Source: Camelus dromedarius
Lineage: Eukaryota
DNA: 64,000 nt
Direction: 5' to 3'
Assembly: GCF_036321535.1 (NCBI RefSeq)
Contig: NC_087436.1
Span: forward strand, 50,346,001-50,410,000
Shown piece by piece: positions 14,644-28,335 of this stretch (position 1 is the stretch's first letter; every line of letters starts with the position of its first letter). The notes beneath the pieces are model-generated. The model made no database searches. It saw only the letters and a list, made by a program, of their open reading frames with translations, and was not told the DNA's origin. The translations under genes were made by a program, and so were the position numbers.

Positions 14644-14980
14644 TGCAATGGTTAATTTTACGTGTCAACTTGCCTGGGCCATGGGATACCCAGATAGGTA
14701 GTTAAGTATTATTTCAGGTGTGTCTGTGAGGGATGTTTCCAGAAGAGATTAGCATTTGAACTGGTGGACTGAGTAAAGCAGATGGCCCTCTCCAAATGTA
14801 GGTGGACATCATCTAATCTGCTGAGAGCCTGAATACAACAAAAAAGCAGAAGTTTGAATTTGCTCTGCCTAACTACTTAAGTTGGTACATCAGTTTTCTC
14901 CACCAGCTTTCTTGGGTCTCCAGCTTACAGGCAAGTTGTGGGACTTCTCAGTCTCCATAACTGTTTGAGTCAATACCATA
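14644..14980 (+). mobile_element. MLT2 (ERVL) LTR, 5' part lacking its 3' terminus
   Basis: tgcaatggttaattttacgtgtcaacttgcctgggcc...gagattagcatttgaactggtggactgagtaaagcagatggccctc...gggacttctcagtctccataa. Confidence 0.9.
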
Positions 14981-15223
14981 CCATATAATGCTCAACAAAT
15001 ATTTGCAGAATCAATGAATTAATAAAGTATGAAGCAATGCCATAATGCCACCAGCTAAACTGACGAGGAAGAGATTAGATGATCAGAAAAGAAATGTATT
15101 CTCCCTTAGATCAAATATATTTTTAAATGAAAATGAAATTGCTCAGAAATTTTACTCCTTCTAAGAAGGCCAAAAATACGGAGTATATAGTAGGGAGCTG
15201 TGCAGTATAATGGATATCGTAGC

Positions 15224-15268
15224 TGTATCAGTCAGATTTCTCCAGAGAAACAGAACCAAAAGTACAGA
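15224..15268 (-). mobile_element. MLT2 LTR 3' terminus in inverted orientation
   Basis: The reverse complement reads ttggttctgtttctctggagaaatctgactgataca, the characteristic MLT2 end. Confidence 0.85.
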
Positions 15269-15289
15269 ATATATTCATTCCTATATTTC

Positions 15290-16615
15290 TATATTCATTA
15301 CTATTTTCATTCATTTCCATGACATTAAATATCATCTATATATCACTGACTCTGAAATGTATATTCCAAATCTACTTCCTCTATGAGCTCTAAGTTACAT
15401 AATAATCAGCTGCATACTTTATGTCTTTGCACTGGTTATTTCCGAGGTATTTTTAAATTATAATATACACAACTTATCTTTGAGTTTCAAGTCTTCACAT
15501 CTGTCATAAAAGTAGACTCTTCCTACAGTCATCCAAATATTAGTACCTGGTACTTCCATTTACCCAGGTATTAAATTCTGAAAACAATCATTCTTGAAAC
15601 CTCCTTTTCCCTCCCACCACCATCTAATTCATCACTAAACCCTAATGATTCTCCTCCCTCAAAATACCTCCCATCTCTGTACATCTCTCCACTTCCATTG
15701 AAATAACTCTTCCATTGAAATAACTCTTTCATGAAATGACTATCACTATAACAGCCACTAGATCCACTAGAACTAACTCTCCAACTCATTTCCCCAGATC
15801 TACACTTGTTCTCTTCAAATTTATTCTCCATTCAGCATCCAAGATGTGGTTTTTAAAATTGAGATACAATTTACATAAACATTATGTTAGTTTCAGGTGT
15901 ACAACATAATGATTCCACATTTGTATATATTGCTAAGTGATCACCACAATATGTGTGGTAAATATACATCACCACATATAGTTGTAATTTTTTCTTATGA
16001 TGGGAATTTTTAAGATCTACTCTACTTGCAACCTTCAAATACACTATGTAGTATTATTAACTACAGTCACCATGCTGTACAAGAAAATGCTTTGAAATTC
16101 TAAATCAACTCATGCAATCTGCTTAGTTTTGCAGTGGTTCCTCGATATATATAAGAAAATAGATAAAAGAAATTGTAAACCCTGAAAATAACCTACAAGG
16201 TCCTGCGGAATCTTACTACCACTTATTCTGCCAACCTACTTCTATACAACTGTACTATTCATACACTATGTTCCAGTGATTCTTAATCTCAGTTGCTTGA
16301 GCACATCAAACATTTCCCCACTTCCCAGTCTCCTCTTACACTGCTATCAGGGCACAGAATGATGTGCCCTTCATTCTTCTCTCTACACATCCTTCAGATT
16401 TCAGCTTAAATATTACTTCCCCAAATAGAACTTCCACTGTATTCTACAACCTAGATATAATTATTTTTCTCTATAGAATTCATCATAATTTGTAATTTCA
16501 TGTGTATTTGTGTATTTATTATTTAATGACATTTTTAATAGGGTGTGAGTGCTGTGAAACTAGACAACTTTTTTTTTTAATTTAGCACAGTATCTCTAGA
16601 GCTTAGGGCCTTGGT
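15290..16615 (+). mobile_element. L2 LINE remnant interrupted by an L1 3' fragment
   Basis: L2 motifs on both sides of 15848-16081 (catttccatgacattaaatatcatctata...; ccttcagatttcagcttaaatattacttcc...cacagtatctctagagcttag). Confidence 0.7.
15848..16081 (-). mobile_element. 5'-truncated L1 3' UTR (L1MA9-like)
   Basis: tttttaaaattgagatacaatttacataaacattatgttagtttcaggtgtacaacataatgatt...gtattattaactacagtcaccatgctgtaca. Confidence 0.9.
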
Positions 16616-16819
16616 TTCTTTAGAAAAAATGGTGTTGTTGAAGAACAATTGTAATCTAAGGATATACTAGATTAATTAAGATAACATAATAGAGCTTCTT
16701 TCTTAAGGCTGTTCCATCACATGGTTCAAATATCTGTGCTTTCCTGTGCTAAACACAAAAGCCAAGGGCAATAATAATTTTTAATTTAGGTGTAAAATAT
16801 TTAAAATTATTTTTGTTTT

Positions 16820-17245
16820 ACTCACTTAATATTTTTGAATTCTTATTATGTGCATGATAGGGAAAAACACAAGATAAATGATATTTCTTGCAGCTAAAGT
16901 GGTCATAAAATGGATGGGAAAATCAGATACCCTCAGTCAACAGGTATTTATTGAATGTCAAGAACTATGCTAAGTTCTGGAGACACAAAGATGAATAATG
17001 CATGTGCCCATATCCAGATGGAAGGAAACAGAATTGCACATGACTATATTGTGTATCTGTGTTATAAGATATAATTATAAAATCCTAAGGTTAATTAGGA
17101 AGTATCTACACTACCTACATGAAGAAGTGAGGGAGGCTACTTGGGGAGGTGAACTTGAGTTACCCTCCCAAAGGATGGCTAGAAAATTTTACAGGGAAAG
17201 AAACTGGATCAGGGCATTACAGGGGTAAGCATGTGCAAATCATGT
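16820..17245 (-). mobile_element. Two adjacent L2 3' fragments
   Basis: caacaggtatttattgaatgtcaagaactatgctaagttctggagacacaaagatgaataa, plus a similar copy upstream. Confidence 0.65.
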
Positions 17246-18254
17246 AGATTTACTTCAAAGTAACTACAAATAAGGACAATGTAATTTATAAACTATGCTT
17301 TCTTAGTCTGTCATATACTGCAGAGAAAAACATTAATTTTCAGTGACTGATCTTATTTTCTATAGAAATACAGAAAAAAGTAATCTTAAATATTCTAGAT
17401 TTTACTGTTTCCAAAAAACAAAGTATGCACACCTTCAAGATAAAAAGCCAACTGCAAAAGACACTGGTTGGCTCAACATTTCAGACCGCAATATATCAAC
17501 AACACTGTGTTTGTAAAAGGACAAGTTATGTCAATATATAGCGAGACATAAAATCTGTTGTTCCGGCAATGGTGGCAGCCTAGTCCTTTTCACAGGGTCA
17601 AGTACACTCAATATACCAGATATCTCCCTGCAACTCCTGGAACAGAGAAAGATTAAATGACCTGACAGTTGATGGCAGCTCTTTCCTCTTTTACAACCTC
17701 TTCCCCAGAAAGGTAATTGAGGCAGAAATCTTCTCGACTCTCTCCCATTCTGTGAGTGTCAAAGATCCTAAGCCCTAATAGTAACTATTTATTTGGGACT
17801 AAGACAGTCCTTTCAGCAGACCTGCTTTATGGTTTCTAGATATAAGGAACATATCAGATTGTCACAGATTTGTGCTTTTTTCCATTTGTCTTTAAATGTG
17901 CTAGATATAAATAAATAATGTGGAAGTAAGTGGTACCATATGAGCACAGTAAAGTCCTGAGTCCCTATTTCATGGTACTAGTGCAGATAAATCTGTCCTT
18001 ATTCTTGTAGCATTAGATAAGTCAGACTCCAACCTCAAGTTCTTGAGCCCACTCCACCATTCCAACTTCTTTTCTCACTCTTTCACTTCTTCCAGCTTTA
18101 GGAAAATATCTTATCTCACATAAATCTCAATTGGGCCATTCCTTGGTGGAATATCTTTGACTACGTTTTGCTTAAGCATCCCCTGAGAATGCTAAGAAGC
18201 AAGGGCTATTTTTCAGGGTCTTGAGAAGCAGAATGTATACAAAATGATCCCTAG

Positions 18255-18455
18255 CTAATGAAGAATTAAGAGGTCCAGTAATCCTATCTCTGAACCTGCC
18301 TTTGAGATCTTAATAAACCACTTAACCTCCTTTGTTTTAAGTCTCCCATCGACGAAATGGAGAAACTATATGGTCAAAGGTTTATCATGGAGATTAAATA
18401 AATTCATATATTTGAAAGGTTTTCTAATGAATATATAAAGCACTAAGCCTATTAC
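18255..18455 (+). mobile_element. MIR SINE
   Basis: ccacttaacctcctttgttttaagtctcccatcgacgaaatggag...ggagattaaataaattcatatatttgaaag. Confidence 0.65.
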
Positions 18456-18494
18456 TAGAATCAAAAATGGATACAACTCCACTGACTTGTCCAC

Positions 18495-18773
18495 CAGTGC
18501 TTCCCTCAAATGTATCCACTGGCTTTGCTTCTCTCAAAGGACAATGTACTTCTCAGCTTGATTTTCCTTTGATGATTTCAAAATGACTATGAGAACTACC
18601 TGGCTGAGTGTGTCCCTCCAGTAAGCTATGCACTGCTTTATATAGCAAGAACCTGTAACAACAGAAACTGGCACAGGAAGGTAGTAAAGAGGAAGATAAG
18701 GAAATACAAGTTTTGAAAAGCAGGATGAGAAAGTCCTTACGTAGGGCACAGAATGAGAAATTTGAAAACACTG
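18495..18773. mobile_element. Possible non-autonomous hAT-Charlie DNA transposon (MER-like)
   Basis: Imperfect terminal inverted repeats cagtgcttccctcaaa ... tttgaaaacactg. No clear 8-bp target-site duplication. Confidence 0.45.
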
Positions 18774-19689
18774 CTATACCTTCTAGAATTTATGAGAGAG
18801 AAATTTGAAATGTAGAGTCAGGAATGAGTTCTCTATTGCTCTCCAGTTACAGTGTAACAGCCCAGCCCATCTCCACAAGTAAGAGCAGAAGATACTGATT
18901 AAAAAATTCCAAATTCCAGTCCCATTACCAGACTACCATCTTGTAGTCCACTATGAATGGTAATTTTATATATTTTGTCTATATGTTGCAAATACTATAG
19001 CTTTATTACATTTTTGTGTTATTTGCTAGATGTATACCTTTAAAGTAAACCACATTTTTAACCATATTTTGACATTCCTCCCTATTCTACTATAACAGAA
19101 GCCTCAAAAACATCACTTGGTCCCAATATTCATAATTTGTGACTATTTTTTTTAATTCTTGTTGAAATTGCTCTTATTTATTTGAATACCTGAAATAATG
19201 GTAAATAAATCTACTTCTGTTGTTTTAAAAACAATAGAAGTTTTTCTGGCTATTTTCTATTTTAATTATCTTCCTCTAAATACTAACAAGCCAGCTCTGC
19301 TTCCTCAGAAGTGAATACCTAAGTGTGATAACAAAGAAGTTTCTGCCTTAATCAAAGGAACAACTCTTCAGTCTAAGCTAAAGTGACAGATTCAATTGGA
19401 TTTCTGACTTGTAATACAACCATGAAGAATCTATCACCTTGCCTAGCAAGTGAGCTTTCTGTGTGCTTGTCATTTCTGTTGCAAAGGAATTATCATGGAA
19501 AACAGTGCTTGTGAGGAAGACCACATATAACCTAAGGGAGGCTCAACTCATGGAAAAAGAGATCCTGGTCTGTCCTTGACATCGCCGAAAGTAATTCTCA
19601 GGCAATCCAAACCTTTCTGGAAATCTATTTGGTCTCCTACTTTGCTGGAATGAAACCATATAATATTCTGTCCTCAGCATTTCAAACAT

Positions 19690-21267
19690 TGTACTAATCT
19701 GCTCAGGAGGCCATAACAAAATACCATAGACTGGTCATTTAAACAACAGAAATATTTTCTCACAATTCTGGAGGCTGGATGTCTGAGTTCAAGGTGTCAT
19801 GCAGGGTTGATTTCTTAGAAGGTCTCACTGCTACATTTGCACATGGCTGTAACCCTCTGAATTCACATGATCGTCCCTCCGTGTGTCTTATCCTAATCAC
19901 ATCTTCATTTAAGAACACCAAACATTTTGGTTTAGTCCCCTCTAACAACCTCATTTCAGCTTAATTAACCTCTTCAAAGACTCCATCTCCACTTACAGTC
20001 AAATGCTGAGGTACTGGGGACTTCAATATGAATTTGGAAGAGTGACATCAGGAGGATGGCGGAACAAGATGTCCCTCGTCATATCCCCACTCAACAACAA
20101 CAATCTGACATCCATCCATGGGCAAAGTCCCTTTGTGGGAGCTGGAGGATGCAGGTAGGAGACTGTGAAACAGTCCAAGAACGAGGAGAGTCACTTTGAG
20201 AAGACAGGCCTGCTCCCTGGTGACTTGCCTACCATGGCTCCGGCTATACACCCAGAAACAGCCCCGTACTTCCGAGGACGTGGCTATGGCCTCATCTGGC
20301 TTTGGCTATGTCACCAGCACCACATCTGGGAAGGGCCTTGCCCACCCAGAGTCAGGTGAAAGACACAGACCTTGGTCTTGCTGTGAACCCGTGAACCAGC
20401 TCCGCCCTCCCTCAGCCACAAACCAAAGCCCCGTGAACTAACTGATTTAGACAATCACCCACAGACCAGAGGGCCTTTGTGGAAGTCCAAGAGTCCAGCA
20501 GAGCAATTGTAGCACATCACTGGAGCCAATAAATCTGAGACTGGATGCACCGGAAAGAGTAAGAGGAACAAACTGACTTTACACGTCACCCCTCGCCACA
20601 AGGCAACACAGCTCAGTACCAGGATGGCCTTCTCATGTGTGATTTCTCCTTGGTGGGTAATAAGAGCATGTGATGGGGTGAGTGCCCAGTTCCTCAGCGG
20701 TGTGGGGCCCTGCCAATGGGGCCTCCTCTCTCTCCCTCCATCCAGAGGACTGTGGTGAGCTGCACAACTAGGGGGCAATGAGCAGCTAGGAGAACAGCAG
20801 GCAGGGCTCCAAACTGAACATATCAAAGGGACTCAGATCCTACTAACACATCCTAGGCTCCATCAGGAAGTCAGCTCACAAGCCACAGGGGGTGCCTCAC
20901 CTGTGTGTCCCCCAACTGGCCAAGTTATAAGTTAAGTACAGCATAGAGATCTAATGTACAGTATGATGGCTATAGTTAACGATGTTGTATCATATACTTG
21001 AAAGTTGTTAAGAGAATAGATCTTAAATGCTCTCACACACACACACAAAGTAATTATGTGACGTAACAGAGATGTTAACTAACCCTATTGTGGTAATCAC
21101 CTCACAATATTTACATGTATTAAATCATCATATTGTACACTGTAAACTTGCACAATGTTATATGCTAACTATACCTCAATAAATCTAGAAAAAATCTTAT
21201 TAAATAAAAAGGACTTGTAAACAACAACAAAAAAATGGGTGTAGGGAACCCAATTCAATCCATAACA
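19690..21267 (-). mobile_element. MaLR LTR (MLT1B/C-like) split by an L1 insertion: 19690-20037 and ~21237-21267
   Basis: tgtactaatctgctcaggaggccataacaaaataccatagactgg...ctcacaattctggaggctgg...cttcaatatgaatttgg, resuming as gggaacccaattcaatccataaca. Confidence 0.9.
20038..21235 (+). mobile_element. Internally deleted L1 (L1MA-type 5' UTR joined to 3' UTR, no ORFs)
   Basis: 5' end with a YY1-like GATGGCGG (20055-20062) and a GC-rich 5' UTR up to 20924. The L1MA 3' UTR runs from 20925 (ttataag...gatctaatgtacag...gatcttaaatgctctcac...ctcaataaa), followed by an A-rich tail. Confidence 0.85.
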
Positions 21268-21522
21268 AGCCTCTATAAGGTTTTATCACTAATCATGATC
21301 CCATAACATAAGTCTTTATTCCTCTTGCCTTAACGTGCTTCCTTTTCTAATGTTATCTTGCTTTCGTTTTTGTGGCTGAATTCTTTTTTTTGGCTTCAGA
21401 TCACTGTAAACCTGAATTCTTATAATACTTTCAAATTCTAAGTTTCCAATGGAAAAATGAAATCACATTAAAAATGAAACATGAGCAATGAAATGTAAAT
21501 AAGTAGAATCCAAACACAATAC

Positions 21523-21746
21523 CAAGGGAGGAATCAGGAGTTTGAGATACACACTACTATACATAAAATTGATGAACAACAAGGACCTACTGTATAGCAC
21601 AAGGAACTATATTCAACACCTTGTAATAACCTATAATGGAAAAGAATCTGAGAAATATATATACATATGTATGTATAACTGATTCACTTTGCTTTATACC
21701 TGAAACTAACACAATATTGTAAATCAACTTTTCCTTCAATAAAACT
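21523..21746 (+). mobile_element. 5'-truncated cetartiodactyl-type L1 3' end with target-site duplication
   Basis: acacactactatacataaaattgatgaacaacaaggacctactgtatagcacaaggaactatattcaa...cctgaaactaacacaatattgtaaatcaact...caataaaa. Flanked by aacacaatac / aacgcaatac. Confidence 0.9.
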
Positions 21747-23944
21747 AACGCAATACTGCGTACATACACAGAGAGAAATATTTCCCATATCTGCATGCAC
21801 ATTCACAGGGTTTTCTTCATTTGTTTGGCCTTCACATAATTTCTTATAGGCATTGCTCTAAGCTAATGTTAATTGGATAGACATGCTAGTTGGATTTGGC
21901 AACAGTGTCAAACTCCTTGGATGACACTAACACAATACGCCTATATTTTCATCTAATTCTGAAATTACTGGCAAAATTCAACTCATCTTCTGGACCATCC
22001 TGCACTTTTTTCACAAGTGCTACTGCTTAGTTCTTATTTTCTCACTTGGGATTGAAATTTTTTAGCATGATTTCTGAAGCAGCAAAAGCCCAATCTAAAT
22101 AGTTCTAAAAGTAGTACTTTAGATTCTGATGCTTGTCATTAATTTTTTTCCCATTATTTGAATTTGCTAATGGGAAGTTAGAATAAGCAGGATTGTAACT
22201 CTGACTTAAAGAGATATAATGTCCTTTAAGAATATTTGTGTAGACAAAAGGTATAGAGAAGTGGTAAGGTGTGGACCATGGTTGGTTCTCCAAAACATGC
22301 TCTGAGGAAGTTTCAATCAAAACAAGAAGTTTCGTCTCACTTAGAATTAATCATTTCAAGGTCAGGCATTTAAAAAGAATAAATTTTTCCCTAAAGAATA
22401 TAATTCCTAGATTTTTTTAGGGTCAGTAATATAGTATTTAATTTCCTCTGCTGACTCTTTTTCTTTCACAACCTAAAACCTCAAAAGCACCCATCCTGCA
22501 TCAATTTAATGTGCTAGATAAGAACGGCTGCAGCAGGCATCCCAGTCTCATCTATGCAGGGAGGCTTTTTCCCTTTGATACATGAAGAAAACGTGCCCAA
22601 AGGTTATTCTCACTGATGTATGACACGCATTTCAATCCTGCCTACGTGAGTAAAGTGGATTCTAAACTATTAAAAAGAGACTATGTTGTGCAAGAGCTAC
22701 CTCCCTTGTCCCACCTCCCTTCTTCCTCCTGCTAGTAATTTCCCGTGCCAAGGACAATGGGTGTCCACAACTGTCCATGTCATGGGAAGTAAATCCCATT
22801 GTTTCAGAAGCTGGATATGTCTTTCAGCTTCAAGAAACACCCAACTTCAATCAATTTACAATAAAGTTTGTTAAGACATGGTGAAAGATTTGAATCATCT
22901 CTATCTCAGTCTCTTATCTTGCCTAAAAAATAGCAGGAGTTTCAGGAAGTCTACCAATTTTCCTGCTCAGCATTTATAGCCTTTCTGTGTCAGTGCCATG
23001 GTCCAGTCATGAGACACAAGGGAACAGAGCAGCTGCACATCTATCATTGCTCAAGATTTGTGCTTCATTCCCTTGCCTTTTTATGAGAAAAAAGCATGAT
23101 TACAATTTCATGATTCCAGCATTTCACAAAGCAAGGCAATGTTGCCCACCCAAGAGCCTGCTTTTGCATTTACGTCAAACCTGGTGGGCTGAGAATTTGA
23201 TGTCTGAAATCACTGCACAAGATTTTGTGAGCAGAAACCCAAGGTAATGGTTAAAACCTATTTTATAGCAATAAATAGATAAAATATATTATACCAGTTG
23301 TTTCACTGCAAAAGATTCTTTCTTTTAGGTTCTTTTAGATTCTTCCTAAAAATTTTCAAACAAGTTTCTAAATGTTTTGCAATAGGGTCTTTAAGGATAT
23401 ATATATGTGAATTATAAGTTATCTGATATCTCCATTTCAGATGCATTTTCATTTAATTCTCCATATGCACTTTAATTTTCCCACGTTCTGGAATTCTTCC
23501 ACACTGATGGTTGCAAGTCACTTTAAAAGACTCTGATAGCCTTTGTAGCTCTTCAGCTATTGTTGAAAAACAATTTCATACAAAGGGAGTTTGTGATCAG
23601 TCTGTATAAAAGCATTCAAATAAGCTTTTATGTACATTTGCTGATACTATATTTAACATAGTAGCCTGAACCATGTTCACATTGTCATAAATGTTTTTTC
23701 TTGCCCTTAACATTTGTTCAGAATAAAATGCAATGCTTTCATGCATCCAAGATACTACACTGGTTATATTGTACATTCATTCTCTTTACCTGAATTTGTT
23801 CGCCTAGAAAAGGGAAATATCTCATTTTATATATACACAGGCTCATTTTGAAGTTGGAGGACAAATGACCCAGTAATTAATGACAGAGTAAAATTATGAA
23901 CACTGATTAACCAACTACATGTCTTTTAGTTTCTTTCTTTTTGT

Positions 23945-24345
23945 ATTCACTTTTATTTATTTCTAAAAAACTTGAAAACCGATTGTGAAATCCAGTCTAT
24001 ATGTCTGAAATACCTCAGCAAACAAAACAAGCAGGAAATTCTTGCCCTTTTGTATTTTAGCAAAAGGAGACACAAAGTGAAAAACAGACATAACAAATAA
24101 ACTGAAAATAAAGAAAAAGCTAGGAGTCTGGGGAATGCTAGAAGGACGGACTGCAATTTTAAATAGGTTGGTCAGAATAGGATTCTCAGAAAAAGTGACA
24201 ACTGTGTAACAGCTGGAAGGAGATGAGGCTGTTAGCCAGCAAGAATAACAGCTGGAGGCGTGTCCCAGAGGGAGGAGCCGAGGGGGATGATCTTGCACAG
24301 GAGTTTGTCCAACATGTACAAGGAATGGTATGATGCTCACATAGT
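23945..24345 (-). mobile_element. L2 LINE remnant
   Basis: tgcaattttaaataggttggtcagaataggattctcagaaaaagtgacaactgtg...ctggaaggagatgagg. Confidence 0.75.
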
Positions 24346-24479
24346 CAAATGTGAATATGTCAATCAAATCCATGTCATTCAGTCTAATATTCTGTGAGCC
24401 TACAGTTAACATGCATTGAGTCATTCCTGCCTATAATAAACTAGTAAGTTCTCATAAATATTATTTTCAATTTTATTTA

Positions 24480-24810
24480 CATATGCGTATGTTTACCATA
24501 TTTCCATGCATTTTTAATCTACATTTTTTCCATTATATTGCAATCTTTTCAGGATAAAGAATCGGTCTTCTACTCATGAATTTTCTCTATGCTGTTTTCT
24601 AGACCCAACAGACATTCAATAAATGTTATTAGTTGTAAGCAGGAAAAACAGACTTAAGAGTCTGAGTTTAAAGACTCTAACTTACATTCCATGAATTGTA
24701 ATGGTCAACTCTTTGGCCTTTGCCTCAGTTTCATAAAGTGCAATTAAAAACCAATTAATAAGTTGTTAGGAGTGTGAAACACAATATTAATGTAAATTAT
24801 AATAAAATAT
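24480..24810 (+). mobile_element. L2 3' end followed by a MIR fragment
   Basis: cagacattcaataaatgttattag, then gagtctgagtttaaagactctaac...ctttgcctcagtttc. Confidence 0.45.
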
Positions 24811-25552
24811 GGCCCTTAATTGTATTTTACAAATATATGGATGAAAAATAGGAGAGCTAAAATGCAGGATTCTGAATACAGTTCTTCAGAAAAAAAATGC
24901 AAGTAACAATGAGAAAATCAAAACACTTTGCATGATGTGGCCAGTGATGACATTCTGTGAGCTATTGACCTGGATTTTCAGCTCTGATAGCCAATTTCCA
25001 TCAGCTCATACTAGATACTTGGATGTTACCTTGATTAGACCCTTAGGAAAGCTCTGCCTTATACATTGATCCATTTCATGCTTTGTCTATTTCTAAAATC
25101 ATGTCTCTCATGATTTTTAACCTTCATAACTTTCATTTAAATCCCAATTTGCAATCAAATGATGAGTCCAGGACTTAAGTAACGTATTTTCACAGTTCTC
25201 AGAAGCCACATAGGCCATTTATGCCAGGACTTACTCTGATTTGTGTTCAAACGTGACCGTAAGCCTCAAAATCATTTCGTTTAATACATATTATTCTAAA
25301 CTTTTTCCTATTTCCAAATTACCAAAAGAAGTATGAACAAATTTACTGGACAGACTGGTAATGAGAAATATTAAATGAGATTATTCTAGAATATTATTAT
25401 TATTTCCTTTTACTTAGAAAGTCAAGCTGCTCAGTATTCAGTATCTTTGTGTTTACCTTTCTTATAGATACAAACAATGGAACAAATTTTATCTCATTAG
25501 AGACAAAAAAAATCCTCCTATTCAACTTCCTGTTACAAATTATACATCATCG

Positions 25553-25695
25553 TTCATTATTCATTCACTTTATATCTAATTATCTACTTTCAGCAATATA
25601 CTAAGGATTGCACTAGATGCTGGGAATATTAAGACAGTTAAGACATTATCTATGCCTTTAAAAAATTTAAAGACTAGTGGAGAAGAAATAGAGAT
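25553..25695 (-). mobile_element. L2 3' fragment
   Basis: ttcattcac...tgcactagatgctgggaatattaagacagttaagaca...tgcctttaaaaaatttaaagactagtggagaag. Confidence 0.6.
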
Positions 25696-26452
25696 TGACA
25701 TTCTACTTTGGCTATGGCCTTCCAGGATTTGTGGTTCAGAAGTGTGAAAATAGAGGAAATGAGCCATGTTAACCAAACTCACAGAAATTGATATATAAAT
25801 CAGTTGTATAAGCCAATTGCCTATTTATAAACTTGAAGTTAGTGATATTTCCTCAGACTAATGTGAATATTCTTTATCACTATCCAGAGAAACCTTTCCC
25901 AATATCAGATTACAAAAGAAACCAAGTTAAAATTCAGAAGTTTGTCTAGAGAGCATGGTATTAAAGACATCTGAACAATCATAAGCTATACTCAGGCTAT
26001 AATAAATACTTAGGAACCTGCCCAGCCATTATGGCCTCATGTACCGCACTGTGACTCAACAATCACAGAGCTGGGTCAGTTTCTCCAGATATAATGACTA
26101 GATATAAAATTCAGTTTCTCTAGATACATTGTCTTCGCTATTTTACTGTGTAGGCTAGCACAGCCCAATCCTAACTCTTGCTTCCTTCTCCCTCAGGTTC
26201 TTTGGTGTTTTGTAAACACTTATTTTCTTGAGGCCAATTGAAATATATTTGTTTCCGTTTGAGTTAGTGCCACCTATTCACTAGGTGACACAAACATGCT
26301 TTCTTGAAATTTACCTTAGGTAACTGTCCCTGTATTATCTCACCATTTTTTTTTAATATTTTGACTATTCCTCAGGAATGCTATGTATTTAACTGTATTG
26401 GCAGAAAAACATGATTTGCAGTAAGCTATTAGAACTAATATATACGTAATAA

Positions 26453-28335
<1,883 letters not shown>

